From positions 768,001 to 832,000 of the forward strand of contig OY781945.1 of assembly GCA_963677435.1 (NCBI GenBank): a DNA stretch of 64,000 nucleotides, given 5' to 3'. The notes under the pieces were generated by a model. It searched no databases. It was not told where the DNA came from and saw only the letters and a program-made list of their open reading frames with translations. The DNA is from an uncultured Aliarcobacter sp. Its GTDB lineage: Bacteria > Campylobacterota > Campylobacteria > Campylobacterales > Arcobacteraceae. Made by a program: the position numbers and the translations under genes. Position 1 is the stretch's first letter. Every line of letters starts with the position of its first letter. Shown piece by piece: positions 11,070-27,586 of this stretch.

Positions 11070-11123
11070 TAGGCATTAGGCAAAAAAACTAGCTTCTTAA
11101 ATAGTTTTCTTGCCTAATGTCTA
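11070..11123 (+). other. Long stem-loop between nusG and rplK
   Basis: TAGGCATTAGGCAA / TTGCCTAATGTCTA inverted repeat. Confidence 0.55.
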
Positions 11124-11151
11124 ATCATTAAAAAATTGATAAAGGAATAGC

Positions 11152-11577
11152 ATGGCTAAAAAAATTCAAGGTCTAATTAAGTTACAGATACCTGCAGGTG
11201 CTGCAAACCCATCACCACCAGTTGGACCAGCACTAGGTCAAAGAGGTGTTAATATAATGGAGTTTTGTAAAGCTTTCAATGAAAAAACTAAAGATAAAGC
11301 TGGTTTTAGATTACCAGTTGTTATTACAGTTTATACGGATAAAAGTTTTACATTTGAAGTAAAACAACCACCAATGACAGATTTAATCAAAAAAGTTGCT
11401 GGAATTAAATCAGGTTCAAGTAATCCATTAAAACAAAAAATTGGTAAATTATCTAGAGATCAAATTATGGAAATCGTTGATATGAAAATCAAAGATTTAA
11501 ATACAGATGATAAAGAAGCGGCTGCAAGAATTGTTGCTGGTTCAGCTAGATCAATAGGTATCGAAACAGAATTATAA
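11152..11577 (+). CDS. rplK: 50S ribosomal protein L11
   Basis: [19 protein letters not shown]. Confidence 0.99.
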   Translation: MAKKIQGLIKLQIPAGAANPSPPVGPALGQRGVNIMEFCKAFNEKTKDKAGFRLPVVITVYTDKSFTFEVKQPPMTDLIKKVAGIKSGSSNPLKQKIGKLSRDQIMEIVDMKIKDLNTDDKEAAARIVAGSARSIGIETEL

Positions 11578-11654
11578 TATTCTGTTTTGATTTAAGTCTT
11601 ACCACCAGACTCAATAATGGCGGTAGCAAAATAATATAAATTGCGGAGATAATT

Positions 11655-12353
11655 ATGGCAAAAATTTCAAAAAGATATAAAGCACTAACAGAAAAAATTG
11701 AAGATAGAAAATATTCTTTAACTGATGCTTGTACAAGTGTAAGAGAGTTAAAATCAGCTAAATTTGATGAAAGTGTTGAAATTGCACTTAAATTAAATGT
11801 AGATCCAAGACATGCTGACCAAATGATTAGAGGTGCTGTTGTACTTCCAAATGGAACTGGTAAAACTGTAAGAGTTGCAGTATTTGCTAAAGGTTTAAAA
11901 ATGGATGAGGCAAAAGCAGCAGGTGCTGATGTTGTTGGTAATGATGATTTAGCAGAAGCTATCCAAGCTGGAAACATTAATTTTGATGTTTTAATTGCAA
12001 CTCCTGATTGTATGGGAATTGTAGGAAAAGTTGGTAGAATTTTAGGGCCAAAAGGTTTAATGCCTAATCCTAAAACAGGTACTGTAACTATGGATGTTAC
12101 AAAAGCTGTTAATGATGCAAAAGGTGGTCAAGTTACATATAGAGTTGATAAAAAAGGTAACATGCAAGCAGGAATTGGAAAAGTTTCATTCTCTGCTGAA
12201 GCTCTTAGAGAAAATGCTGCAGCATTTATTGCAGCAATCAATAAAGCTAAACCTTCAACTGCAAAAGGTAGATATATCTCTAATGCAGCTATATCGTTAA
12301 CTATGAGTCCATCAATTATCATTGATAATATGGAAATAATGGAAATTAGATAA
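11655..12353 (+). CDS. rplA: 50S ribosomal protein L1
   Basis: [21 protein letters not shown]. Confidence 0.99.
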   Translation: MAKISKRYKALTEKIEDRKYSLTDACTSVRELKSAKFDESVEIALKLNVDPRHADQMIRGAVVLPNGTGKTVRVAVFAKGLKMDEAKAAGADVVGNDDLAEAIQAGNINFDVLIATPDCMGIVGKVGRILGPKGLMPNPKTGTVTMDVTKAVNDAKGGQVTYRVDKKGNMQAGIGKVSFSAEALRENAAAFIAAINKAKPSTAKGRYISNAAISLTMSPSIIIDNMEIMEIR

Positions 12354-12440
12354 GGTTTTCCTTATCTAATTTTTTTTTAGCATTCAATAATGAAGAAATA
12401 TCTCTTTATTATTGAGTGTTATTCAAAGCACTGAAATAAA

Positions 12441-12500
12441 ACTGAAGACAGCTGGTAAGAGACACCTCCGTTTCTTGTAAGTCCCGCCTAAGTCGATGTT
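12441..12500 (+). promoter_or_regulatory. Probable L10 ribosomal leader (autoregulatory RNA)
   Basis: GC-richer island beginning CTGAAGACAGC directly upstream of the rplJ RBS, the usual position of L10 leaders. Confidence 0.55.
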
Positions 12501-12518
12501 TTGAAGGGAGGAGAAAAA

Positions 12519-13007
12519 ATGACTAAACAACAAAAATCAGAAATTATTGATTCGTTAACAGGTGAGTTTAAAAACTCTTTAGCTATTGTTGTATGTGACT
12601 ATAAAGGTCTTACTCATAAAGAGTTAGAAACTTTAAGAAAAGAAGCAAGAGTAAACAATACTAAAGTTCAAGTTGCTAAAAATACATTAGTTACAGTTGC
12701 TGTAAAAAATGCAGAATTAGGTGATGTTGAATTAACTGGTACTAATATTTTCTTATGGTCTGAAGATCAAATTTCAGCTTGTAAAGTTGCAGATAAGTTT
12801 GCAACTGCTAATAAAGAAAAATTTGTTATTAAATCAGGTATTATCGAAGGTAAAGTTGCAGACTTTGCTACAGTTAATGCATTTGCTAAATTACCATCAA
12901 GAGAACAACTTCTTGGTATGCTTGCAGCTACTTGGATGGCACCTGTTGCTAACTTTACAGTTGGGCTTGATGCACTTAGAAGAAAAAAAGAAGAAGAGGC
13001 AGCTTAA
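12519..13007 (+). CDS. rplJ: 50S ribosomal protein L10
   Basis: DYKGLT, VAKNTL, LPSREQL; ATG at 12519 after GGAGG RBS. Confidence 0.97.
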   Translation: MTKQQKSEIIDSLTGEFKNSLAIVVCDYKGLTHKELETLRKEARVNNTKVQVAKNTLVTVAVKNAELGDVELTGTNIFLWSEDQISACKVADKFATANKEKFVIKSGIIEGKVADFATVNAFAKLPSREQLLGMLAATWMAPVANFTVGLDALRRKKEEEAA

Positions 13008-13052
13008 TTATTTAAGCTATTAAATTAAAAATAAAAAATATAAGGAAAAGAA

Positions 13053-13424
13053 ATGGCAATTTCTAAAGAAGACGTATTAGAATACATCTCTGGTTTATCA
13101 GTATTAGAGTTATCTGAATTAGTAAAACAATTCGAAGAAAAATTTGGAGTATCTGCTCAACCTGTTGCGGTTGCTGGTGGTGCTGTAGCAGCTGTTGAAG
13201 CTGTTGAAGAAAAAACTGAATTTGATGTTGTTATCTTAGATGCTGGTGATAAAAAAATTAATGTTATTAAAGAAATTAGAGCATTAACTGGTTTAGGATT
13301 AAAAGAAGCTAAAACTGCTGCTGAAGAAACTCCTTCAACAATTAAAGAAGGTATTTCTAAAGAAGATGCTGAAGCTGCAAAAGCTGCATTAGAAGCTGCT
13401 GGTGCAAAAGTAGAAATTAAATAA
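13053..13424 (+). CDS. rplL: 50S ribosomal protein L7/L12
   Basis: [23 protein letters not shown]. Confidence 0.99.
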   Translation: MAISKEDVLEYISGLSVLELSELVKQFEEKFGVSAQPVAVAGGAVAAVEAVEEKTEFDVVILDAGDKKINVIKEIRALTGLGLKEAKTAAEETPSTIKEGISKEDAEAAKAALEAAGAKVEIK

Positions 13425-13571
13425 TTATTCGTAATTATGATTGATATGCAGGACTTTGTCCTGCATAAAGATTAGCATCTTTGAAGGTTAAGGTTAAAAT
13501 TTTTTGAAATTTTAACCCTATCCTTTATGGATGCTTTTGTGCTTTATACTAATATAAAAAGCAAAACTTAA

Positions 13572-22257
<8,686 letters not shown>

Positions 22258-22261
22258 TCTT

Positions 22262-22289
22262 AATCAATAGGGTTTCCCCTATTGATTTT
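22262..22289 (+). terminator. Intrinsic terminator after rpoC
   Basis: AATCAATAGGG-TTTC-CCCTATTGATT followed by TT. Confidence 0.75.
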
Positions 22290-22295
22290 CTTACA

Positions 22296-22682
22296 ATGGA
22301 TTTCATCTCATTACTTTTAATCTTTATTGCCTTAGAGCTTTTTGAGTCAACTTGGCAAAAATCAAATTCTTTATTTGGCTTTTTAAATAACAATTTCAAT
22401 TTTTTTAAAAAAAATATTTTTTTATATTTTCTACTTCATCTAACATTTTTTTATACAATTTTTTTATCTTTTTACTATAATAATTTTGGTTTTTGGATGA
22501 GTTCAATTTTTATAGTTAAATTTACTGATATTAGTTTTAAATTATTTATCATGAAAAAACTCTCTAATGGAGATTTAATTGAAGAAATTATTCCTATGAA
22601 TATTCCAATGACACCTTCCTTAAGATACTTTAATGTTGTAATATATCCATTAACATTTTTATTTGCAATCAAATTGATATAG
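22296..22682 (+). CDS. Hypothetical membrane protein
   Basis: 128 aa, several hydrophobic segments; no family recognised. Confidence 0.65.
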   Translation: MDFISLLLIFIALELFESTWQKSNSLFGFLNNNFNFFKKNIFLYFLLHLTFFYTIFLSFYYNNFGFWMSSIFIVKFTDISFKLFIMKKLSNGDLIEEIIPMNIPMTPSLRYFNVVIYPLTFLFAIKLI

Positions 22683-22706
22683 TTTAATTTTATCATTTTA
22701 ATATTA

Positions 22707-22715
22707 TGCTAAAAT
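22707..22715 (+). promoter_or_regulatory. Extended -10 promoter of YciI-family gene
   Basis: TG-C-TAAAAT upstream of AAGGA RBS. Confidence 0.5.
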
Positions 22716-22742
22716 GATAAAATCAAATTAAAAAGGAAACAA

Positions 22743-23030
22743 ATGCAATATTTAGTAATAGCTTACGACAACGAAAATGCTTTAGAAAGAAGATTAGAGT
22801 CAAGACAAGCTCATATTGATGGTGCAAGAAAATTAATGGCTGAAGGTAAAATAATTAATGCTGGTGCATTAATTGAAGACGATGTAATGGTTGGATCTAC
22901 ACTGCTAATTGATTTTGAAACAGATGAAGAATTAGATGAATGGTTAGAAAATGAGCCATATGTTAAAAATAATGTTTGGAATATGGATGAATTCCAGATA
23001 GTTCCTATGAAATTACTTCCTAAAGCATAA
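22743..23030 (+). CDS. YciI family protein
   Basis: R-x2-SRQAH, AGAL, GSTL, EPYV pattern; 95 aa. Confidence 0.85.
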   Translation: MQYLVIAYDNENALERRLESRQAHIDGARKLMAEGKIINAGALIEDDVMVGSTLLIDFETDEELDEWLENEPYVKNNVWNMDEFQIVPMKLLPKA

Positions 23031-23043
23031 TAAATAAACACAT

Positions 23044-23077
23044 AAAACCCCATATATTGGTTTATATATGGGGTTTT
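23044..23077 (+). terminator. Intrinsic terminator after YciI gene
   Basis: AAAACCCCATATA..TATATGGGGTTTT. Confidence 0.75.
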
Positions 23078-23120
23078 AAACTGCAAAACAATTACAATTA
23101 ATTCTAAACAATTTATTTTT

Positions 23121-23180
23121 TACAGTATTTATACGGTACTATCTACGGTATTAGAAAAATATTTTAAAGTTAGTACCGTA
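23121..23180. repeat. TAC(A/G)GTA repeats, putative integrase arm-type sites
   Basis: TACAGTA 23121, TACGGTA 23132 and 23144, inverted TACCGTA 23174; TACGGTACTA/TAGTACCGTA form a perfect 10-bp inverted repeat. Confidence 0.65.
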
Positions 23181-23183
23181 AAA

Positions 23184-23399
23184 ATGCCAAGAACTGTTAA
23201 ACCTCTAACTGATACAGAAATTAAAAACAGTAAATTAAAAGATAAAGATTATAAACTAAGTGATGGTCAAGGTCTATATTTTGTAATTAAAAAAAATAAT
23301 AGCAAGATATGGAGATATGATTTTGTTTATTGTGGTAAAAGAAAATCAATGTCGTTTGATATCTATCCTACTATCTCATAAAAAGAAGCAAGAATAAAA
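23184..23399 (+). pseudogene. Truncated P4-like tyrosine integrase, Arm-DNA-binding domain only
   Basis: LTDTEIK..K..DYKLSDGQGLY..K.WR..GKRK....YPTIS*KEARIK; in-frame TAA at 23379 where L is expected; cut by IS at 23400. Confidence 0.88.
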
Positions 23400-23463
23400 T
23401 GGAGTGGTAACCTAAATTGATACTCAGAATTAAAAGATTATGAGATAAAATAGAAGAATAATA

Positions 23464-23793
23464 ATGGTTATTATGAGACAAAGTAAATATAGTCAAGAGT
23501 TTAAGGATTCAACAGTACAGTTGATTATAAATAATAATGAAAGTTTTGTTCAAGTTGTAGAAGATTTAGATTTAAATCCAAAGACTTTATATCATTGGGT
23601 TGCAATGTATAAAAAAGCACATAAACTTCCAACTAAAAATATAATTTTATCATTTTCTAAAGAAAGTGAACATAAAGAATTTAAGAGGCTTAGAGCTGAG
23701 AATAAGATACTTAAAGAAGAACGAGATATTTTAAGGAAACATCGTACTTCGCAAAAGAAACTCTCTAAAGTACTCTTGGAGAAAAGAGCATAG
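23464..23793 (+). pseudogene. IS3 transposase OrfA, damaged C-terminus
   Basis: KYSQEFK HTH start, TLYHWV, RLRAENKILKEERDIL; usual KKA..YF end is frameshifted. Confidence 0.85.
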
Positions 23794-24567
23794 AAGTAGT
23801 TTCAGTATAAAAATAATGTGTAAAGTTGTAAAAGTAAATTATCTTCATATTATCATTGGATAAAAGCTGGATCTATTATTAAAAAAGTAGATTAAAAGCT
23901 TAATGAACTAATAGAAATTATCTTTGTCAAAGGGGGATATAACTATGGAACACGAAGAATTCAGTGTAAACTTTTAGAATTATATGGGTTAATAATTTCA
24001 AGACAACGTATTTCAAATATAATTAAAGACCTTAATTTAAAAGTTCAAATGAAACTAAGATATAAAAATATAACTGATTCTAATCATAACTTGCCAATTG
24101 TAGTAAATATCCTAAATAGAGATTTTTATGCATCAAATGCAAATGAGAATACATATATACCAACAGGAGAAGGATGTCTGTATACTCAAGAAAAGTAGTT
24201 GGATGGCGCATGGATGATACTATGAAAGTGTCTCTTGTAAATGATGCATTAAATATGGCAATACTCCATAGGAAAACACCCACAGGACTTTTATGGCATA
24301 CAGATAGAGGGAGTCAATATAAAGATTTATTACAAAAACATAATATTGTTCAAAGTATGAGTAGAAAACGGAATTACTGGGATAACTTAGTAGCAGAGAG
24401 TTTTTTATAACACATATTTTTATACAAAGAAACAAGCAAAAAAAGAGATATTTGAATATATTGAATTTTACTATAATAGAATTAAAAGTCATAGTTATTT
24501 AGGAAATTTTTCACCTGTTAAATTTGAAGAAAAACAAAAAATGTTACGAAACGAAATGGTGGCTTAG
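23794..24567 (+). pseudogene. IS3 transposase OrfB (DDE), multiple stops and frameshifts
   Basis: Fragments NYGTRRI, YSRKVVGW, HTDRGSQY, QSMSRK..WDN.VAESF, FEYIEFYYN, SPVKFE in different frames. Confidence 0.88.
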
Positions 24568-24651
24568 GGATAAGCAAAAATGTGTCTGAATTTTAGTTAC
24601 CTCTCCAAAGTTGTCTGGATATCTTATTCCTGAATTCTTTGAAAATTAACT

Positions 24652-24738
24652 ACGCAATTAAAAATTATAAAAATGAAAAATAGTATGATGAAGCTCTAAA
24701 TAGAATTAATGGAATTAAATCCAGAACCTTCCTCTGAA
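24652..24738 (+). pseudogene. Possible HigA-type antitoxin N-terminal relic
   Basis: Reads (M)QLKIIK/NEK*YDEALNRI/MELNPEPSSE across two frameshifts. Confidence 0.45.
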
Positions 24739-24756
24739 ACAATTTCCAAAAAAAAC

Positions 24757-24781
24757 TAAAAGCCCTAAAAAAGGGCTTTTA
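24757..24781. terminator. Terminator downstream of trxA
   Basis: TAAAAGCCCT-AAAAA-AGGGCTTTTA. Confidence 0.75.
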
Positions 24782-24795
24782 TTAAACTCTAAAAC

Positions 24796-25113
24796 TTATA
24801 AATATTTATTTAATTTTTCTTCTAGTATTGCTTTTGTTGTTGATCCAATTAATTGGTCAACTATTTCGCCATCTTTGAAAAAAAGAATAGTTGGAATTGA
24901 TCTAATTTGATATTGTTGTGCTAATACTTGTTCTTCTTCTGTATTTATTTTGCAAATTTTTGCTTTACCTTCAAACTCTTGTGCTAATTGTTCAATTACA
25001 GGTGCAATCATTCTACAAGGCCCACACCAAGGTGCCCAGAAGTCAACTAATGCAACACCTTCTTTGATTGTTTCTTCAATATTTGTTTGATTTAATTCAA
25101 TATAACTTGCCAT
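24796..25113 (-). CDS. trxA: Thioredoxin
   Basis: WCGPC active site, SIPT. Confidence 0.96.
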   Translation of the reverse strand: MASYIELNQTNIEETIKEGVALVDFWAPWCGPCRMIAPVIEQLAQEFEGKAKICKINTEEEQVLAQQYQIRSIPTILFFKDGEIVDQLIGSTTKAILEEKLNKYL

Positions 25114-25709
25114 TATAATTTACCTTCGTTTTTAGCTAAATATTCAGCAACACCAGAAGTAGAAGCTTTCATACCTTCGTCACCTTTAGTCCAACCAGCA
25201 GGACAAACTTCACCATGCTCATTTGTAAATAACATAGTATCTACCATTCTGATCATTTCATCAATATTTCTTCCAAGTGGTAAGTCATTGATAACTGCGT
25301 GTCTTACTGTTCCATCTGCATCAATTAAGAATGAACCTCTTAATGCTACTGAATCACCAAATAATACATCAAAGTCTTTAGAAATTTGTTTACTTAAATC
25401 TGCTACTAATGGGAACTTAACTCTTCCAATTCCACCATTTTCAACAGCAGTTTCTCTCCATGCAAAGTGTGAGAATTGTGAATCAACTGAACAACCAATA
25501 ATATTCACTCCTCTTTCTCTAAATTCATCTGCTCTTTTTGAGAACGCAATAATTTCAGATGGACAAACAAATGTAAAGTCTAATGGGTAGAAAAATAATA
25601 CTGCACCTTTTTCACCAATATTTTTATATAAATTAAAATCCTCAACTATTTGACCATCTGCAAGTACAGCTGTTGCTGTGAAATCTGGAGCTTTTTTTGT
25701 TACTAACAT
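25113..25709 (-). CDS. ahpC: 2-Cys peroxiredoxin
   Basis: FFYPLDFTFVCPSE and GEVCPAGW; start MLVTKKAPDF at 25709 after AAGGA. Confidence 0.96.
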   Translation of the reverse strand: MLVTKKAPDFTATAVLADGQIVEDFNLYKNIGEKGAVLFFYPLDFTFVCPSEIIAFSKRADEFRERGVNIIGCSVDSQFSHFAWRETAVENGGIGRVKFPLVADLSKQISKDFDVLFGDSVALRGSFLIDADGTVRHAVINDLPLGRNIDEMIRMVDTMLFTNEHGEVCPAGWTKGDEGMKASTSGVAEYLAKNEGKL

Positions 25710-25820
25710 ATTTTTTCCTTTAATATTTTTTATTATGTTGAAATTGTACACTTTTAATCTTAAAGCATTATTAATAAATTATATCAGAGGATAAATATTA
25801 TCCTTAAAAGATAAATAAAT

Positions 25821-26096
25821 TTATTTATCTTTTGGCATATCTTTTAGTAAAACCATTCTCATCCATGCTGATGTTGTAATCTTTACACCAACTTCATTTG
25901 ACATCTTAGTGGCTTGTTCTTCTATCCAAACTTTTTCAAGTTGATTTAGTGCTACTGGAATTGCTGTGTTTCTTACTTCATTTTCTGTTTTCTTTGGTCT
26001 ACCTAGTATTTTCTTTTTAGTAACTTTTTCTTTTAAAACTTTCTCATCAGTTTGAATTTTTAATGAGTTTTCTTTTAATTTATCTGCATATCCCAT
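25821..26096 (-). CDS. Small basic protein, putative ribbon-helix-helix partner of ParA
   Basis: GRPKK then R..IPVAL...EK.WIEEQA...G..ITTSAWMR pattern; 1 nt after ParA stop. Confidence 0.65.
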   Translation of the reverse strand: MGYADKLKENSLKIQTDEKVLKEKVTKKKILGRPKKTENEVRNTAIPVALNQLEKVWIEEQATKMSNEVGVKITTSAWMRMVLLKDMPKDK

Positions 26097-26097
26097 T

Positions 26098-26694
26098 TTA
26101 ACTCTCCAAAGCTTTTTTTAGTGCAATCATATCTTCAATGGCATTTCTATAAATATGTCTTTTAAATCTATTGCTACCAGCTTTTGTTTCAACATATTCA
26201 CAATCAAATAAACTATCTTCTAATACTGATGATTCTCTCACAAAAAGTATAGTTGCATTTATCTCTTTATATGATTTGTTTAGTTCTTCTAGTAAATACT
26301 CTTTTAGTTCTATAGCTTTATTGTTGTTTTTAGCTCTATTTACGACAATAATTATATTTTTATTAACTTCATATACATCTTTTAGTGTGGCTAGTGTTGC
26401 TTGAACATCAACAATTGATGTAAGAGTTGGAATGATAATTTTATTTGCTTGTTTGATAATATCATTGATTCTTGTATCTTTAAATCCACCAAAATCATAT
26501 ACTATGTTATTATCAAAAGGAATCTCTTCATACTCTTCACTTGAAACTAAAAACCCTTTTTCTTCTGGCATAAGATTATGTGCTGATGAATGCGAATCGT
26601 TTGTTACATATGTAAAATCTAACATTTGTGAAATTTGAACTGATAGTGTAGTTTTCCCAACTCCACCTTTAATACTATAAACTACGAATGACAA
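26098..26694 (-). CDS. Short ParA/MinD-family ATPase
   Basis: Deviant Walker A KGGVGKTT, IIIPT, IVVNR; TTG start with AAGGA RBS. Confidence 0.85.
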   Translation of the reverse strand: MSFVVYSIKGGVGKTTLSVQISQMLDFTYVTNDSHSSAHNLMPEEKGFLVSSEEYEEIPFDNNIVYDFGGFKDTRINDIIKQANKIIIPTLTSIVDVQATLATLKDVYEVNKNIIIVVNRAKNNNKAIELKEYLLEELNKSYKEINATILFVRESSVLEDSLFDCEYVETKAGSNRFKRHIYRNAIEDMIALKKALES

Positions 26695-27042
26695 TATAAA
26701 TCCTTTATTTTATTTATATATAACTCTATATATAAATATAAATTATGTATTAATATTATAACAAATATAATATTAAATATTTAAAATATATCTAATTATA
26801 TAAAAATATATAAATATTTAATGAATTTAAAAAAATAATTTTACTCTATAATTTTAGAAATCATAATATATAAAAAATTAATTATGATTATTAATTAAAA
26901 AGCCCATTTAATGGCTTTAGTAGCAATAGAATAGCATTTTAATAAAATTTTAAGTTTATAATTAATAATTTTAAAATATTAAGATTAAATTAATTTCTTT
27001 TATGTAAATATCTAATTTGGAAACAAAACTAAGGAGAAAATT

Positions 27043-27486
27043 ATGAGTAAATTAGTTAAATTAACAGCTGTGTTAATATTAAGTGTTACTTTTGCAAATG
27101 CTGAAAGTACACAAGCTGATGCAAAAGCATTAGTTGATAAAGGTGTTGAATTCTGTAAAAAAGTTGGAGTTACTGCTTGTGTTGAAGAATTCAATAAACC
27201 TGAAAGTGAATTTGTAAAAGATGATTTATACATCTGGGCAAATGATTTTGATGGAGTTATAACTGCACATCCAAAAAAACCTTTAAAAGGTAAAAATATG
27301 TACAGATATAAAGATAGAGCTGGAAATCAATTATTTAAAGAGTTTATTGATAAAGTAAAAGCTGATGGTTCAGGATGGGTTGATTATGTTTGGGATCACC
27401 CAACAAGAGGAGAACAAACTCCAAAAACTTCTTATGTTATTGGAATTGGTGAAAATCAGTTAATCGGCGCTGGAGTTTATAAATAG
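27043..27486 (+). CDS. Secreted stand-alone single-Cache domain protein
   Basis: Signal peptide ending ANA; LYIW..D..G...AHP...L.G.N....KD..G, GSGWVDYVW, K.SYV, IGAGVY. Confidence 0.88.
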   Translation: MSKLVKLTAVLILSVTFANAESTQADAKALVDKGVEFCKKVGVTACVEEFNKPESEFVKDDLYIWANDFDGVITAHPKKPLKGKNMYRYKDRAGNQLFKEFIDKVKADGSGWVDYVWDHPTRGEQTPKTSYVIGIGENQLIGAGVYK

Positions 27487-27493
27487 TCTTTCA

Positions 27494-27522
27494 TTTAAAG
27501 CTTTGATTTTCAAAGCTTTAAA
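27494..27522 (+). other. Perfect 12-bp stem-loop between Cache gene and MCP gene
   Basis: TTTAAAGCTTTG-ATTTT-CAAAGCTTTAAA. Confidence 0.65.
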
Positions 27523-27586
27523 TTTCCAAATAAGTTAAATTTAGATTATTTGATTTATTTGGGAATTTAATCTTCAGGAGTCGTCA

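Larger units (their letters stand above)
23400..24607 (+). mobile_element. Degenerate IS3-family insertion sequence (1208 bp)
   Basis: TG...CA ends; 26-bp imperfect terminal inverted repeats (23400-23425 and 24582-24607, 20/26 match); OrfA/OrfB remnants inside. Confidence 0.9.

Noticed and set aside
11546..12322. Antisense and alternative-frame ORFs over rplA, and similar ones over tuf, rpsG, fusA, gpmI and others
   Set aside because: Shadows of highly biased core genes; no RBS or recognisable motifs
23730..23770. Functional IS3 -1 frameshift signal
   Set aside because: The expected A-rich slippery site is eroded and OrfB has several stops; the element is inactive
25710..25751. N-terminal extensions in the ORF track for ahpC (also rplJ, ffh, rpsP)
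   Set aside because: Downstream starts have clear RBSs and match conserved N-termini
26700..27040. AT-rich tract as CRISPR array or replication origin
   Set aside because: No fixed-length repeat-spacer structure and no DnaA boxes recognised; only low-complexity TA motifs
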